From: Candidatus Eiseniibacteriota bacterium
GTDB lineage: Bacteria; Eisenbacteria; RBG-16-71-46
Assembly (NCBI GenBank): GCA_044223005.1
Contig: JBGAML010000023.1
Coordinates: 1 to 64,000, forward strand
DNA: 64,000 bases
Reading direction: 5' to 3'
Part shown: positions 27,735 to 38,010 of the stretch, in pieces
How the letters are laid out: the number at the start of each line of letters is the position of its first letter
Numbering within the stretch: position 1 is the first letter of the stretch
Notes under the pieces: generated by a model
The model's database searches: none
Told to the model about the DNA's origin: nothing
The model's input: the letters and a program-made list of their open reading frames with translations, nothing else
Position numbers and translations under genes: made by a program

Positions 27735-29558
27735 ATGCCCCGATGCCCGCGAGCAACCACCGTGCTCGCCGCCTTGCTCGTCGCCACGTTCTCGCTCCTG
27801 CCTCCTCGCCCCGCGCGGGCCGCGTGGGATCCGGGTGGCGTCACTGCCGATTCGACGGAAGCGCGCCTGCCATTCGCGACCTGTCTCGATGGTGCGGGCG
27901 GTCTGTTCTCGTACTGGACCGAAATCCTCGATGGCTCCGCAACGAGTCCGGTGCTTCTCCACGTCCAGCACCGCCTCGTCAACGGTGAACTCGCGCCGGG
28001 CTGGTCCGCGACGGGCCGCGTGTTCGGGGCGATCGCACATCGCCCGTTTCTGCCGGCGGGACAACTCGCGGCGGTCGAGGACGGGGCCGGCGGCGCCTTC
28101 GTGCTCTATCGTGAGGCGGTCCTGCTTTCGGGATCGAACCTGCCGCTCGTGCACCGGCTGTGGCACGTGACCGCCGAGGGCGTCGCGGATCCCACGTGGC
28201 CCGACAGCGGGCTCGCGCTCGGCCGCACCGACTGCGGTGGACCCGCGTGCATGGCACCCGACGGTGCCGCCGGGGTGTACGTCGGCTGGACTGACATCGT
28301 GAGCGTCGCCGTCAACCTCGGCTGGCAACCCGGGCAGCCCCTCTGGACCGGGCTGTACGAGCAACGGCTGCTGCGCGTACTTCCGGGTGGCTCACCGGCC
28401 GCGGGGTGGTTCGCTCAGGGCCGGCTCGTGAGTGGCGTCGCTCCCGAAAGCGTGTTCGCGGCATTCCGCTCCGCACCGCGGCTCGTCGCCGACGCGACGG
28501 GCGGAGCGCTCTTCGTCGCGGAGCAGCCGTCGAGCGGTATCCGGACGACACGCGCCTGGCGGTTCGGGGCCGACGCCTCACCCGCCGGAGGCTGGCCCGA
28601 CAGCGGCGTCGTCTTCTGCGACACGCTGCCGGCCGCAGTCGCCGGCCTGGCCTGCGACGGCGTGGGCGGTGCCTACGTCGCGTGGAACGACACGCTGGCC
28701 CCGCAGGGCGCTCCGCGCGTCGTGCATCTCGCGGGCGACGGCGCATTCGCGCCGGGCTGGAGCTTCGGCGGACGGCGCCCCGCGCGTTCCGCAGCCCTGG
28801 TACAGATCCTCGGCGGCATCGTGCGTGACGGCGCCGGCGGCGTCTTCGTGCAGTGCAGCGAAGGCGATCCCGGGTTCTTCCGCGTGCGTGCCTGCCGGCT
28901 GGGATCGGACGGCACGAGCGCGTGGGGGTGGGGCGAGGACGGCATCACGATTCCCGACTCCGGTGCCCAACCCGACGTCTTCTTCGCGCAGCCGCTCGCC
29001 GACGCGGGAGGTGGCGTGCATCTCGTGTGGGGTCTTGGTGACGGCGAGGGTCTGCGCGATGCGCGCCTGACGGCCAACGGTGCCGCACCCTCGGGTTGGA
29101 GTCTCGAGGAGCCGCGTGTGGTCTCCAGCGGGGGCTCCGGCCAGCCGCACGTCGTGGCCTGCGCCGACGGCTCCGGTGCCGCCTACGTGTCCATCGCACG
29201 CGAGCAGATGGCAGCGTCGGCGTACACCGAGTTCCAACTCGGCACGCCCGAGCCGCTCGTCGATGCGGCCCCCGCGGCGACGGCCCGCGGCCTCCGGCTC
29301 ACCGCTTCTCCCAATCCCGCAGGCGCCGCGATGGAGCTGGCGTTCGAACTTCCCACGCGTGGCGAGGCACGCCTGGAAGTCCTCGATCCGGCGGGCCGGC
29401 GGGTGCGTTCCTGGGCGGGCTCCTTCGCCGCCGGCGCGCAGCATGTGACATGGGACGGCCGCTCCGATTCCGGAATGCGAGTGGCGCCGGGGCTCTATTT
29501 CGTGCGGGTGAGCTCTCGGCACGACGTCGCGCTCCGGCGCGTGGCGCTCGTCCGCTGA
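27735..29558 (+). CDS. Secreted repeat (probable beta-propeller) protein with a C-terminal FlgD/T9SS-CTD-like Ig domain
   Basis: Signal peptide; repeated DGxGGx[FY] and PGW/WPDSG motifs; C-terminal SPNP...DPAGRRVR...WDGR...GLYFVR. Confidence 0.8.
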   Translation: MPRCPRATTVLAALLVATFSLLPPRPARAAWDPGGVTADSTEARLPFATCLDGAGGLFSYWTEILDGSATSPVLLHVQHRLVNGELAPGWSATGRVFGAIAHRPFLPAGQLAAVEDGAGGAFVLYREAVLLSGSNLPLVHRLWHVTAEGVADPTWPDSGLALGRTDCGGPACMAPDGAAGVYVGWTDIVSVAVNLGWQPGQPLWTGLYEQRLLRVLPGGSPAAGWFAQGRLVSGVAPESVFAAFRSAPRLVADATGGALFVAEQPSSGIRTTRAWRFGADASPAGGWPDSGVVFCDTLPAAVAGLACDGVGGAYVAWNDTLAPQGAPRVVHLAGDGAFAPGWSFGGRRPARSAALVQILGGIVRDGAGGVFVQCSEGDPGFFRVRACRLGSDGTSAWGWGEDGITIPDSGAQPDVFFAQPLADAGGGVHLVWGLGDGEGLRDARLTANGAAPSGWSLEEPRVVSSGGSGQPHVVACADGSGAAYVSIAREQMAASAYTEFQLGTPEPLVDAAPAATARGLRLTASPNPAGAAMELAFELPTRGEARLEVLDPAGRRVRSWAGSFAAGAQHVTWDGRSDSGMRVAPGLYFVRVSSRHDVALRRVALVR

Positions 29559-29623
29559 CGTTCGCCGCGTGGGGCGCGCGACGTGATCGCGCGCCCCGCC
29601 GGCGGCGGCCGACCGCGCGCCGT

Positions 29624-30181
29624 TCAGCGCACGAACACGCGGAAGCTCAAGGGCCGCTGCAGCCGCTCGAAACCGGTGCGGCTCGGGTGGCGGACGTCGG
29701 CGATCACGCGTTCGAGCCCGCGCATGGCGTTGAGCGTCTGGATCATGTCGCGATCCTCCGGCGGGCCGTCCACGATCAGCACGATCCGCACCGGCCGGCG
29801 CAGCAGCCGCCACGCGTCCGCCGCCGCGCGCGTGGGCGGGTAGCCGCGCAGCACGACCATGAGATCGGCGCCTTCCGGCAGCGGCACCTGCTCGAGCGGC
29901 TGCAGCGTCGCGTAGCCGTCGGGCCACGCGGGCGGCTGCACGAGCAGGTGCGTCACGTTCTCGAGGTAGGTGAGGTCGTGAACCTCGGCCGCGGACGGGA
30001 TGGCCGTGAACACGGCCGTCGCGCCGAAGCCGAGATCGCCCGTCTCGACCAGCAGCGGCACGCAGGCCGTCGGCGGCGCCGTGGCGGCGACCACGGAGTC
30101 GGCGCCGACGCGAAGCGGTTCACGCGCGCTCGCCGGGAACGCGATCACGGCGAGCAGCAGGAGGGCGGACGTGACGCGCAT
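29624..30181 (-). CDS. Hypothetical secreted protein
   Basis: Signal peptide, SD AAAGGA, GC-rich third codon positions. Confidence 0.65.
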   Translation of the reverse strand: MRVTSALLLLAVIAFPASAREPLRVGADSVVAATAPPTACVPLLVETGDLGFGATAVFTAIPSAAEVHDLTYLENVTHLLVQPPAWPDGYATLQPLEQVPLPEGADLMVVLRGYPPTRAAADAWRLLRRPVRIVLIVDGPPEDRDMIQTLNAMRGLERVIADVRHPSRTGFERLQRPLSFRVFVR

Positions 30182-30259
30182 GGCGGTTCCTTTCGGCGGA
30201 AGTCCTCGCGGAGCGTGATCCTCGCAGGATACCCGAGCCGGCGCGCCGTCGCCGGCGGC

Positions 30260-30835
30260 TCAGGCGCCGCCCGCCCACGCGGCGAGGCGCTCGTCGAGCC
30301 ACGCGAGCCCCTCGGGCCACGCCCCGTAGCCGTCGGCGGTCGCGAGGTGGCCGGCGCGCGGCACCACGCGTAACTCGGCGCCCCAGCGTTCGGCGAACGT
30401 GCGCGAGCGCGCGAGCGTCGCGAACGGATCGTCGTCGCTCGCCACCACGAGCGCCGGCACGCCGAGCGGCGCGAGCGGAACGGGGGCGAAGCGCGTGAGC
30501 GGCGTCGCGGCGCCCGGAGCCTCCACGTCGCAGGGCGCCACCAGCAGGGTCGCGATCACGCCGGCCGGCCGGCGACCGACGAGGTGACGGGCCGAGAGCA
30601 CGCAGCCCAGGCTGTGCGCCACGAGCACCAGCGGTTTCGCAGCCGTCGCGACCGCCGCCGCGAGTGCGGCGTCCCAGTCGGCCGGGTGCGGATCGTCCCA
30701 GTCGCGCTGCTCGAGGCGGGCCCAGGCGGGCCGCTGGGCGTGCCAGAGGCTCTGCCAGTGGCCGGGGCCGGAGCCCGTCCAGCCGGGCACCAGCAGCACT
30801 TGGGGCGAGGGCGGCGAAGGGGCGTTTCGGGCCAT
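30260..30835 (-). CDS. RBBP9/YdeN family alpha/beta hydrolase
   Basis: VPGWTGSGPGHWQ, AHSLGC, SDDDP, GHL..ADGYGAWPEG. Confidence 0.9.
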   Translation of the reverse strand: MARNAPSPPSPQVLLVPGWTGSGPGHWQSLWHAQRPAWARLEQRDWDDPHPADWDAALAAAVATAAKPLVLVAHSLGCVLSARHLVGRRPAGVIATLLVAPCDVEAPGAATPLTRFAPVPLAPLGVPALVVASDDDPFATLARSRTFAERWGAELRVVPRAGHLATADGYGAWPEGLAWLDERLAAWAGGA

Positions 30836-30899
30836 GATCGCTTGAGTTTACGCGTTTCCACGCGGGTTCCGCACGCGCCGGCCGAAACGCCGCAAGTCG

Positions 30900-30929
30900 T
30901 TGACACCTCGGCGGTCGCCGTGGTACAAA
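30900..30929 (+). promoter_or_regulatory. Sigma70-type promoter for rplU-rpmA
   Basis: TTGACA-N18-TACAAA with an upstream TG. Confidence 0.55.
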
Positions 30930-31036
30930 CTACGGCTCGCATTCGTCCCGGTGGCCGTTTCCCGCTGCCGGGCGTCGGCGTGCGCCCCTACGGCCTCGCC
31001 AGCTACACCCCCAGAGCGTTCGGGAGTTCTCATTTC

Positions 31037-31348
31037 ATGTACGCGATCGTGGACATCAACGGCAACCAGACGAAGGTCACGCCGGACGCGGTGCTCGAAG
31101 TGCCGTCGCTCACCGGCGAGCCGGGCGCGAAGCTCACCTTCGACAAGGTGCTCCTCGTCGGCAACGGCGACAAGATCTCCGTCGGCCAGCCCAGCATCAA
31201 GGGCGCCTCGGTCGCAGTCGAGATCGTCGAGCACCTGCGCGGGCCCAAGCTCCGGATCTTCAAGTTCAAGCGTCGGCGCGAATATCGTCGTCGCAAGGGT
31301 CACCGCGACGCGCTCACGCGCATTCGCGTCACCGCCATCACGGCGTAA
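31037..31348 (+). CDS. rplU: 50S ribosomal protein L21
   Basis: MYAIVDING.Q.KV, FKFKRRREYRRRKGHR. Confidence 0.96.
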   Translation: MYAIVDINGNQTKVTPDAVLEVPSLTGEPGAKLTFDKVLLVGNGDKISVGQPSIKGASVAVEIVEHLRGPKLRIFKFKRRREYRRRKGHRDALTRIRVTAITA

Positions 31349-31363
31349 CGAGGTCCTGCTTCC

Positions 31364-31633
31364 ATGGCTCACAAGAAAGGCCAGTCCTCGACCAAGAACG
31401 GGCGCGATTCGAACGCGCAGCGACTGGGCGTCAAGCGCTTCGGCGGTGAGAGCGTCAAGTCGGGCATGATCCTCGTGCGTCAGCGCGGTACCGTCGTGCA
31501 CCCCGGCCAGAACGTCGGCAAGGGCAAGGACGACACGCTGTTCGCGATGATCGACGGCAAGGTGCACTTCTCGCGCTATGGCAAGACGCGCAAGCGTGTG
31601 CACGTGCTGCCGGTGCCGGCCGAAGCCAACTAG
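31364..31633 (+). CDS. rpmA: 50S ribosomal protein L27
   Basis: [21 protein letters not shown]. Confidence 0.97.
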   Translation: MAHKKGQSSTKNGRDSNAQRLGVKRFGGESVKSGMILVRQRGTVVHPGQNVGKGKDDTLFAMIDGKVHFSRYGKTRKRVHVLPVPAEAN

Positions 31634-31651
31634 ACCGTCGTACCGTCTTCC

Positions 31652-31690
31652 ACGCCGCCACCGGTCCCCGTGACCCGTGGCGGCGTTTTC
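31652..31690 (+). terminator. Intrinsic terminator after rpmA
   Basis: ACGCCGCCAC...GTGGCGGCGT followed by TTT. Confidence 0.7.
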
Positions 31691-31725
31691 GTTCCGACCC
31701 GCCAACCGATTCATGGAGGAATACC

Positions 31726-32658
31726 GTGAAGAACAAAGTCGCCGTCATCGGCGCTGGTAACGTGGGAGCGAGTGCCGCGCTGTACGTCGCGGAGCGCGGG
31801 CTCGCGGACGTGGTGCTGATCGACCGTCCGGAGATGGACGGCATGCCCCAGGGCAAGGCGCTCGACATGCAGCAGAGCGCGCCGCTGTGGCACAAGGGCG
31901 GGCGCATCGAAGGTGCGACCGACCTCGCCGCCGTGAAGGGCGCCGACGTCGTCGTGATGACGGCCGGCTTCCCGCGCAAGCCCGGCATGTCGCGTTCGGA
32001 CCTGCTCAAGATGAACGCGGACATCATCCGTCCGGCGGCCGAGGCCGTGAAGCAGCACGCGCCGAACGCCTACGTGGTGGTGGTGACGAACCCGCTCGAC
32101 GTGATGGCCTGGTACTTCTGGCAGGTCACCGGCTTCCCGAAGAATCGCGTCGTCGGCATGGCCGGCATCCTCGACTCGGCGCGCTTCCGCGCGTTCATCG
32201 GCATGGAGCTCGGCGTCTCGGCGGCCGACGTCCAGGCGATGGTGCTCGGCGGCCACGGCGACTCCATGGTGCCGCTGCCCGCGTTCACGACCGTCGGTGG
32301 CATCAGCATCGACAACCTGATCCCGGCCGAGCGGCTCAACGCGATCATCGAGCGCACGCGCAACGGCGGCGCCGAGATCGTGAAGCTGCTCAAGACCGGC
32401 TCGGCCTACTACGCGCCCGCGATGAGCGCGGTCGAGATGGTCGAGGCGATCCTCACCGACCAGAAGCGCCTCGTGCCCTGCTCGGTCTACCTCGAGGGCG
32501 AGTACGGCCTCAAGGACCTGTTCATCGGCGTGCCCGTGATGCTGGGCGGCAAGGGCGTCGAGAAGATCATCGACCTCAAGCTCTCGACCGCCGACCAGGC
32601 CGCGCTCGCCAAGTCGGCCAAGGACGTCGCCGACATGATCGCGGAGCTCAAGGGCTGA
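31726..32658 (+). CDS. mdh: Malate dehydrogenase (LDH-like)
   Basis: GAGNVG, GKALD, PRKPGMSRSDL, NPLD, GGHGD, RTRNGGAEIV. Confidence 0.96.
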   Translation: MKNKVAVIGAGNVGASAALYVAERGLADVVLIDRPEMDGMPQGKALDMQQSAPLWHKGGRIEGATDLAAVKGADVVVMTAGFPRKPGMSRSDLLKMNADIIRPAAEAVKQHAPNAYVVVVTNPLDVMAWYFWQVTGFPKNRVVGMAGILDSARFRAFIGMELGVSAADVQAMVLGGHGDSMVPLPAFTTVGGISIDNLIPAERLNAIIERTRNGGAEIVKLLKTGSAYYAPAMSAVEMVEAILTDQKRLVPCSVYLEGEYGLKDLFIGVPVMLGGKGVEKIIDLKLSTADQAALAKSAKDVADMIAELKG

Positions 32659-32738
32659 GCCGTTTCGTTCGCCGTTCGCGCGCCGCCTCCGGGTGACCGG
32701 GTGCGGCGCGCGGCGTTTTCCGGACCGGGAGGGACCCG

Positions 32739-33092
32739 ATGCGCCCCGAGTGGACCACCGTGCTGCTGCTGTCCGCGAGCAACGTGTTCATGACGATCGC
32801 GTGGTACGGACACCTGAAGAACCTGAAGGACCGGCCGTGGTTCGTGGCGGCCCTGATCTCGTGGGGCATCGCGCTGTTCGAGTACCTGCTGCAGGTGCCC
32901 GCCAACCGCATCGGGCACCGGGTCATGAGCGTGGGGCAGCTCAAGATCCTGCAGGAGGCGATCACGCTCACCGTGTTCGTGCCCTTCGCGATCCTGTTCC
33001 TGCGCGAGAGGCCGCGGCTCGACTTCCTGTGGGCGGGGCTGTGCATGCTGGGAGCGGTGTGGTTCGTGTTCCGGGGCGCGGGCCGGGGATAG
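32739..33092 (+). CDS. Small DMT-superfamily membrane protein
   Basis: SNVFMTIAWYGHLK, EYLLQVPANRIG, QLKILQEAITL. Confidence 0.88.
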   Translation: MRPEWTTVLLLSASNVFMTIAWYGHLKNLKDRPWFVAALISWGIALFEYLLQVPANRIGHRVMSVGQLKILQEAITLTVFVPFAILFLRERPRLDFLWAGLCMLGAVWFVFRGAGRG

Positions 33093-33242
33093 ACGCGGCC
33101 TGGCGCGGTCCATTTGGTGCGTGACGTGGCCGCGCATCGCGGGCAGAATGCGCGCGCCACACGCGAGCCCCACGTCCCATCCCGTCGGAGGTTCCTTGGC
33201 CACGTCCATCCACGCACCGGGCAGCCCTCGCGGGGGCTCGCG

Positions 33243-33914
33243 ATGAGCCGCGAGACCTGGACCGAAGTCGACCGCTACATCGGCGAATCATTCGTGCCCG
33301 CCGATGCGGCACTCGAGACCGCGCTCGCCGAAAGCCAGGCCGCGGGCCTGCCCGCGATCGCGGTCTCCGCGCCACAGGGCAAGCTGCTGCACCTGCTCGC
33401 ACGTGCGCAGCGGGCGCACTCGATCCTCGAGATCGGCACGCTCGGCGGCTACAGCACGCTGTGGCTCGCCCGCGCGCTGCCCGAGGGCGGCAAGCTGGTG
33501 ACGCTCGAGCGCGAGCCGAAGCACGCCGAGGTCGCGCGCGCCAACATTGCGCGCGCCGGCCTCGCCTCGCGCGTGGAGATCCGCGTCGGCACGGCGATCG
33601 ATTCGCTGCGCGCGCTGGTGAGCGAGAAGCGCGCGCCGTTCGACTTCGTGTTCATCGACGCCGACAAGCCCTCGCTGCCGGAGTACTTCACGTGGAGCCT
33701 GCGGCTCGCGCGGCGGGGGAGCGTCCTCGTGATCGACAACGTGGTGCGCGAGGGCGAGGTGACGCACGCCGACTCGGCGGACGAGGCCGTGCAGGGCGTC
33801 CGGCGCATGAACGAGCGCATCGCCGCCGAGCCGCGCGTGAGTGCCACGACGATCCAGACCGTGGGCGCGAAGGGCTACGACGGCTTCACGCTGGCGCTCG
33901 TCGTCGGTGATTGA
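33243..33914 (+). CDS. O-methyltransferase (COMT/CCoAOMT-like)
   Basis: LEIGTLGGYS, FIDADK, DNVVR, KGYDGF. Confidence 0.92.
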   Translation: MSRETWTEVDRYIGESFVPADAALETALAESQAAGLPAIAVSAPQGKLLHLLARAQRAHSILEIGTLGGYSTLWLARALPEGGKLVTLEREPKHAEVARANIARAGLASRVEIRVGTAIDSLRALVSEKRAPFDFVFIDADKPSLPEYFTWSLRLARRGSVLVIDNVVREGEVTHADSADEAVQGVRRMNERIAAEPRVSATTIQTVGAKGYDGFTLALVVGD

Positions 33915-33929
33915 CCCCGGCGAAACTCG

Positions 33930-33973
33930 AAGCGCCGCCCGCATTGCCCCGCAAGGGGTTGCGGGCGGCGCTT
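33930..33973. terminator. Hairpin between convergent genes, probably bidirectional
   Basis: AAGCGCCGCCCGCA...TGCGGGCGGCGCTT. Confidence 0.7.
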
Positions 33974-33977
33974 CAGG

Positions 33978-34718
33978 TCATGGGTTCGCGGACGGGGCGG
34001 CCGGTCGCAACACGTAGATCACCCACGGCGCGACGCGCGTCTCGCTGACCCAGGCGATGCCCTCGTCGTCGCGCCCGAGCGGCCGGTACTCGGCCTCGAC
34101 CGCGAGTCCCGCCGCCGCGTAGACGTCGAGGTAGGCCGCGTGCGGCCAGAGCACGTCGCGCACGGGACGGCGGTCCGGGACGTCGGTCATCTCGGTGTAG
34201 ACGTCGTCGCCCGTGGTCGCGGTGAAGTTGCCCGCGAAGCGCTTCGTGGTGAACGACGCCCACTCGTTCACGTAGATGTCCGGGCTGCTCACGAGGCTGA
34301 CGAGCCGGCCCCCGGGCGCGAGCCGCTCGCGCAGGCCCGAGAAGAGCGCCACCTTGTGCTCGCGCCCCGGCACGTTGTCGAACGTGAAGATCGACTGCAC
34401 GAGGTCGAACGCGCCCACCGGCAGTGAGCTGAAGTCGCCGTCGGCGATCGCGCGGTAGTCGCCCTGCGGATCGCGCTCGCGCGCGAGCCGCACCATGTCG
34501 GCGGAGATGTCGATGCCCGTCACCGCGAAGCCGAGCGCGGCGGTGAAGCGGCTCGAACGGCCCGCGCCGCAGCCGAAGTCCAGCGCGCGGCGGCCCGTCA
34601 CGTGGCGGCGCAGGATCTCGGGCAGGTCGCGGTAGGCGAGGTGGTACGTGCCCGGGAACTCGAGGCGCGCGTAGGCCGCGGCGCGTTCGGGATCCTCGTA
34701 GACGTTTTCGAAGCTCAT
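33978..34718 (-). CDS. Class I SAM-dependent methyltransferase
   Basis: [22 protein letters not shown]. Confidence 0.88.
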   Translation of the reverse strand: MSFENVYEDPERAAAYARLEFPGTYHLAYRDLPEILRRHVTGRRALDFGCGAGRSSRFTAALGFAVTGIDISADMVRLARERDPQGDYRAIADGDFSSLPVGAFDLVQSIFTFDNVPGREHKVALFSGLRERLAPGGRLVSLVSSPDIYVNEWASFTTKRFAGNFTATTGDDVYTEMTDVPDRRPVRDVLWPHAAYLDVYAAAGLAVEAEYRPLGRDDEGIAWVSETRVAPWVIYVLRPAAPSANP

Positions 34719-34767
34719 GGGCGCATCCTCCGGGAGCCGGGGCGCGGGCCGCGTCGGCCCACGGCGC

Positions 34768-35997
34768 TCAACCGAAGAAAAGGTAGCTGACGAGGATCGC
34801 CGCCACCACGCCGGCCAACTCCGACGAGAGCGCGCAGCCGAGCGCGTGCCGCGTCTTCTTCACACCCACGGAGCCGAAGTAGACCGCGAGCACGTAGAAC
34901 GTGGTCTCGGTGCTGCCCTGGATCACGCACGCGAGCCGGCCCGGAAACGAATCGGGGCCGAACGTCTTCATGGTTTCGACCATCATGCCGCGCGCACCGC
35001 CGCCCGACAGTGGCTTGATGAGCGCCGTCGGCAGCGCGTCCACCCAGCGCGCGTCGGTGCCGAGCAGCCCGACGCCCTGCTTGATCGCACCGAGGATCGC
35101 CTCGAGCGCGCCGCTCGCGCGCAGCGCGCCGACCGCGACGAGGATCGCGACGAGGTAGGGAATGATCCCGGTCGCGACCGTGAAGCCCTCCTTGGCGCCC
35201 TCGATGAACGTCTCGTAGAGCGGCACCTTGCGGCGCGCGCCCGCGCCCAGGAAGAGCACGATCACGCCGAGGAGCAGCGAGTTCGCGAGCACCGCCGACT
35301 GCTGCGCGACGGTCGCGGCGTCGAGCCGCGCGAAGTACCACACCAGCCCCGCGACGATCGCCGTCAACGCGCCCAGCCAGCCGAGCACGACGCGGTGGAA
35401 GAGGTTGATGCGCTGCACGACCGACGTGACGATCAGTCCGGTCATGACGCTGAAGTAGGTCGCGATCAGGATCGGGACGAAGACGTCGGTCGGGTCCTTC
35501 GCGCCCATCTGCGCGCGGAACGTGAAGATCGACATCGGCAGCAGCGTGACCGACGACGCGTTGATCACCATGAACAGCACCATCTCGTCGGTGGCGCGGT
35601 CCGGTTCGGGGTTGAGCGACTGCAGCTCCTTCATGGCCTTGAGGCCGAGCGGCGTCGCGGCGTTGTCGAGCCCGAGCATGTTGGCGGAGAAGTTCATCAC
35701 CATCGCGCCGCTCGCCGGATGGCCCGCGGGGATGCCGGGGAAGAGCCGCCGGAAGAGCGGGGCGACGAGGCGCGCGATGCCCTCGATCACGCCGCCCTTC
35801 TCGCCGACCTTCATGAGGCCGAGCCAGAGGCTCATCACGCCGGTCAGGCCGATCGCGATCTCGAAGCCCGTCTTGGACGAGTCGAACAGCGACGCCACCA
35901 CGGCCCGCAGCGCGTCGGGGTTGCCCCCGACCGTCGCCTGCAGCACCGCCGCCACGAAGGCGATCAGGAAGAACGCGGCCCAGATCCAGTTGAGCAT
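34768..35997 (-). CDS. Fused SpmA/SpmB nucleoside-recognition (Gate) domain membrane protein
   Basis: [55 protein letters not shown]. Confidence 0.9.
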   Translation of the reverse strand: MLNWIWAAFFLIAFVAAVLQATVGGNPDALRAVVASLFDSSKTGFEIAIGLTGVMSLWLGLMKVGEKGGVIEGIARLVAPLFRRLFPGIPAGHPASGAMVMNFSANMLGLDNAATPLGLKAMKELQSLNPEPDRATDEMVLFMVINASSVTLLPMSIFTFRAQMGAKDPTDVFVPILIATYFSVMTGLIVTSVVQRINLFHRVVLGWLGALTAIVAGLVWYFARLDAATVAQQSAVLANSLLLGVIVLFLGAGARRKVPLYETFIEGAKEGFTVATGIIPYLVAILVAVGALRASGALEAILGAIKQGVGLLGTDARWVDALPTALIKPLSGGGARGMMVETMKTFGPDSFPGRLACVIQGSTETTFYVLAVYFGSVGVKKTRHALGCALSSELAGVVAAILVSYLFFG

Positions 35998-36134
35998 GGC
36001 GGCGGAGGATGGCGTGCCGCGCGACGACGCGCAAGCGCGAAGCGTGGATTCCGGGCCGCGCGCTCCGGTAGAGTCGCGCGCGACGATGCACGGCGCGCGC
36101 GCGCCGACGGCACACCCGCGACGGAGGCCCCACC

Positions 36135-36644
36135 ATGGACGCGAACACCCGCGAGTTGCTCTGGCGCCAGTTCGGCGCCGCGATCGACAGTCTCGAGAAC
36201 GCCGTGAACGCGTGCCCCGAGGCGCGCTGGGGCGATCGCAGCCGCGAGCCGGAGTACTGGTACCTCGTGTTCCACGTGCTCTTCTGGCTCGACAGCTACC
36301 TCGAGGATCAGGCCGAGGGCTTCCGGCCGCCCGAGCCGTTCGGGCTCGAGGAGATGGATCCCGCCGGCGTGCTGCCGCCGCGCGTCTATACGCAGGCCGA
36401 GCTGCTCGGATATCTCGAGTACGTGCGCGAGAAGGCGCGGAAGCACATCGCGACGATGGACGCCGCGCGCGCCGCGGAGCCGGGGAAGTTCAACGCCATC
36501 CAGGGGCCGCGGCTCGAACGGCTGCTCTACAACCTGCGGCACGTGCAGCATCACGTCGGGCAGCTGCAGATGCTGCTGCGGCAATCCGGCGTCGAGCCGC
36601 CGCGGTGGGTGCGGGCCACGGCGCGTCCGCTCGCCGGAGCCTGA
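36135..36644 (+). CDS. DinB family protein
   Basis: N-terminal His (FHVLFWLD) and HVQHHVGQL. Confidence 0.85.
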   Translation: MDANTRELLWRQFGAAIDSLENAVNACPEARWGDRSREPEYWYLVFHVLFWLDSYLEDQAEGFRPPEPFGLEEMDPAGVLPPRVYTQAELLGYLEYVREKARKHIATMDAARAAEPGKFNAIQGPRLERLLYNLRHVQHHVGQLQMLLRQSGVEPPRWVRATARPLAGA

Positions 36645-36695
36645 GCGGGCCCGCGCGTGTCGCGCACGTGCGCGCCGCGTGCTAGCGTGGCGCGC

Positions 36696-37280
36696 ATGTC
36701 CCGATCGCACCTCACGCGGCTCGCCCTCGTGCTCGCCGCGCTCGCCTTCGCCGCGCCCGTACGCGCCGCCGCGGCCGCGGCGCCCGCGCCCGATTCGCTC
36801 GGCGTGCTGCTCACCGCCGATCCGCACGCGGATTCGCTCGTGGACCGCGCGCTCGCCCGCATGGTGGGCGTGATCCCCGGCTCTGACACGCTGGTCGCGT
36901 GGGACGTGTTCCGCCAGTACCCGCAGCGGACCGTCGACCGCATCCTCCCCACGCTCAAGCCCGTGAAGCGCAGCCTCTGGCTCGGCGCGCCGAACATGGT
37001 CTGGCGCGTGCGCGTGCTGCAGCGGCTCACCGGGCTCGAGTTCCGCGCCGCCACCCGGGTGAAGCGCTTCACGCCCGAGGAGGTCGTGGCGCTCAAGCCC
37101 GATTCGCTGCGCGTCGTGCGCTTCGCGGGCGAGAACCGCGATCGCGGCGTGACCTGGACCGCGCCCATGGACGCCCAGAAGGCGATCTTCGAGAAGTGGC
37201 GGCAGTGGTGGGCCAACGACGAACGCAAACCCGCGCTCCCGATCGTGAAGCACGACGACGATTCCAAGTGGTGGTACTGA
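36696..37280 (+). CDS. Hypothetical secreted protein
   Basis: Signal peptide; LQRLTG..F...KWRQWW C-terminal motif; ends 4 bp before kdsB. Confidence 0.7.
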   Translation: MSRSHLTRLALVLAALAFAAPVRAAAAAAPAPDSLGVLLTADPHADSLVDRALARMVGVIPGSDTLVAWDVFRQYPQRTVDRILPTLKPVKRSLWLGAPNMVWRVRVLQRLTGLEFRAATRVKRFTPEEVVALKPDSLRVVRFAGENRDRGVTWTAPMDAQKAIFEKWRQWWANDERKPALPIVKHDDDSKWWY

Positions 37281-37284
37281 GCCC

Positions 37285-38010
37285 ATGAGCGAACACGTCC
37301 TCGGTGTGATCCCCGCGCGGTTCGCCGCGCAGCGCTTCCCCGGCAAGCCCCTCGCGATGCTGTGGGGCAAGCCGATGCTGCAGCACGTCTGGGAGCGCGC
37401 CCGCGCCGCGCAGGGGCTGGACGCGCTCGTGATCGCGACCGACGACGAACGCATCGCCACCGCGGCGCGCGGGTTCGGCGCCGAGGTCGAGATGACCTCG
37501 AGCGAGTGCACGAGCGGGACGGACCGAGTCGCCGAAGTCGCGTCGCGCCGCCCGCACGCGGCGATCGTGCTGAACCTCCAGGGCGACGAGCCCGAGCTCG
37601 AGACCGAGGCGGTGAGCCGCCTCGCGGAGGTCATGCGCCGCGAGCCCGGGATTCGCATGGGCACCGTGGCGCACCACGAGCCCGAGATCGCGAAGTTCGA
37701 ATCCGAGAACGTGGTCAAGGTCGTCGTCGACGACCACCACCTCGCGCTCTACTTCAGTCGCGCGAACATCGCCGGCGCCACCGCCGGCGGGCCCGTGTAC
37801 CGCCACGCCGGCGTCTACGCGTTCCGCCGCGACCTGCTGCTCGAGTTCGCCACCTGGCCGCCCGGCCGGCTCGAGCGCGCCGAGCGGCTCGAGCAGCTGC
37901 GCGCCGTCGAACGCGGCGTGCGGATCAAGGTCGTGCTGGGCGCGCGCGCCTTCAGCGGCGTCGACACGCCCGAGCAGCTGGCCGAGCTGGAGGCCCGCGG
38001 GCCGCAATAG
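37285..38010 (+). CDS. kdsB: 3-deoxy-manno-octulosonate cytidylyltransferase
   Basis: IPARFAAQRFPGKPL, SGTDR, NLQGDEP, LYFSR, ERLEQLR. Confidence 0.95.
   Translation: MSEHVLGVIPARFAAQRFPGKPLAMLWGKPMLQHVWERARAAQGLDALVIATDDERIATAARGFGAEVEMTSSECTSGTDRVAEVASRRPHAAIVLNLQGDEPELETEAVSRLAEVMRREPGIRMGTVAHHEPEIAKFESENVVKVVVDDHHLALYFSRANIAGATAGGPVYRHAGVYAFRRDLLLEFATWPPGRLERAERLEQLRAVERGVRIKVVLGARAFSGVDTPEQLAELEARGPQ

Noticed and set aside
30930..31036. L21 ribosomal leader RNA
   Set aside because: Plausible from position, but I could not match a consensus by eye; an Rfam scan is needed.
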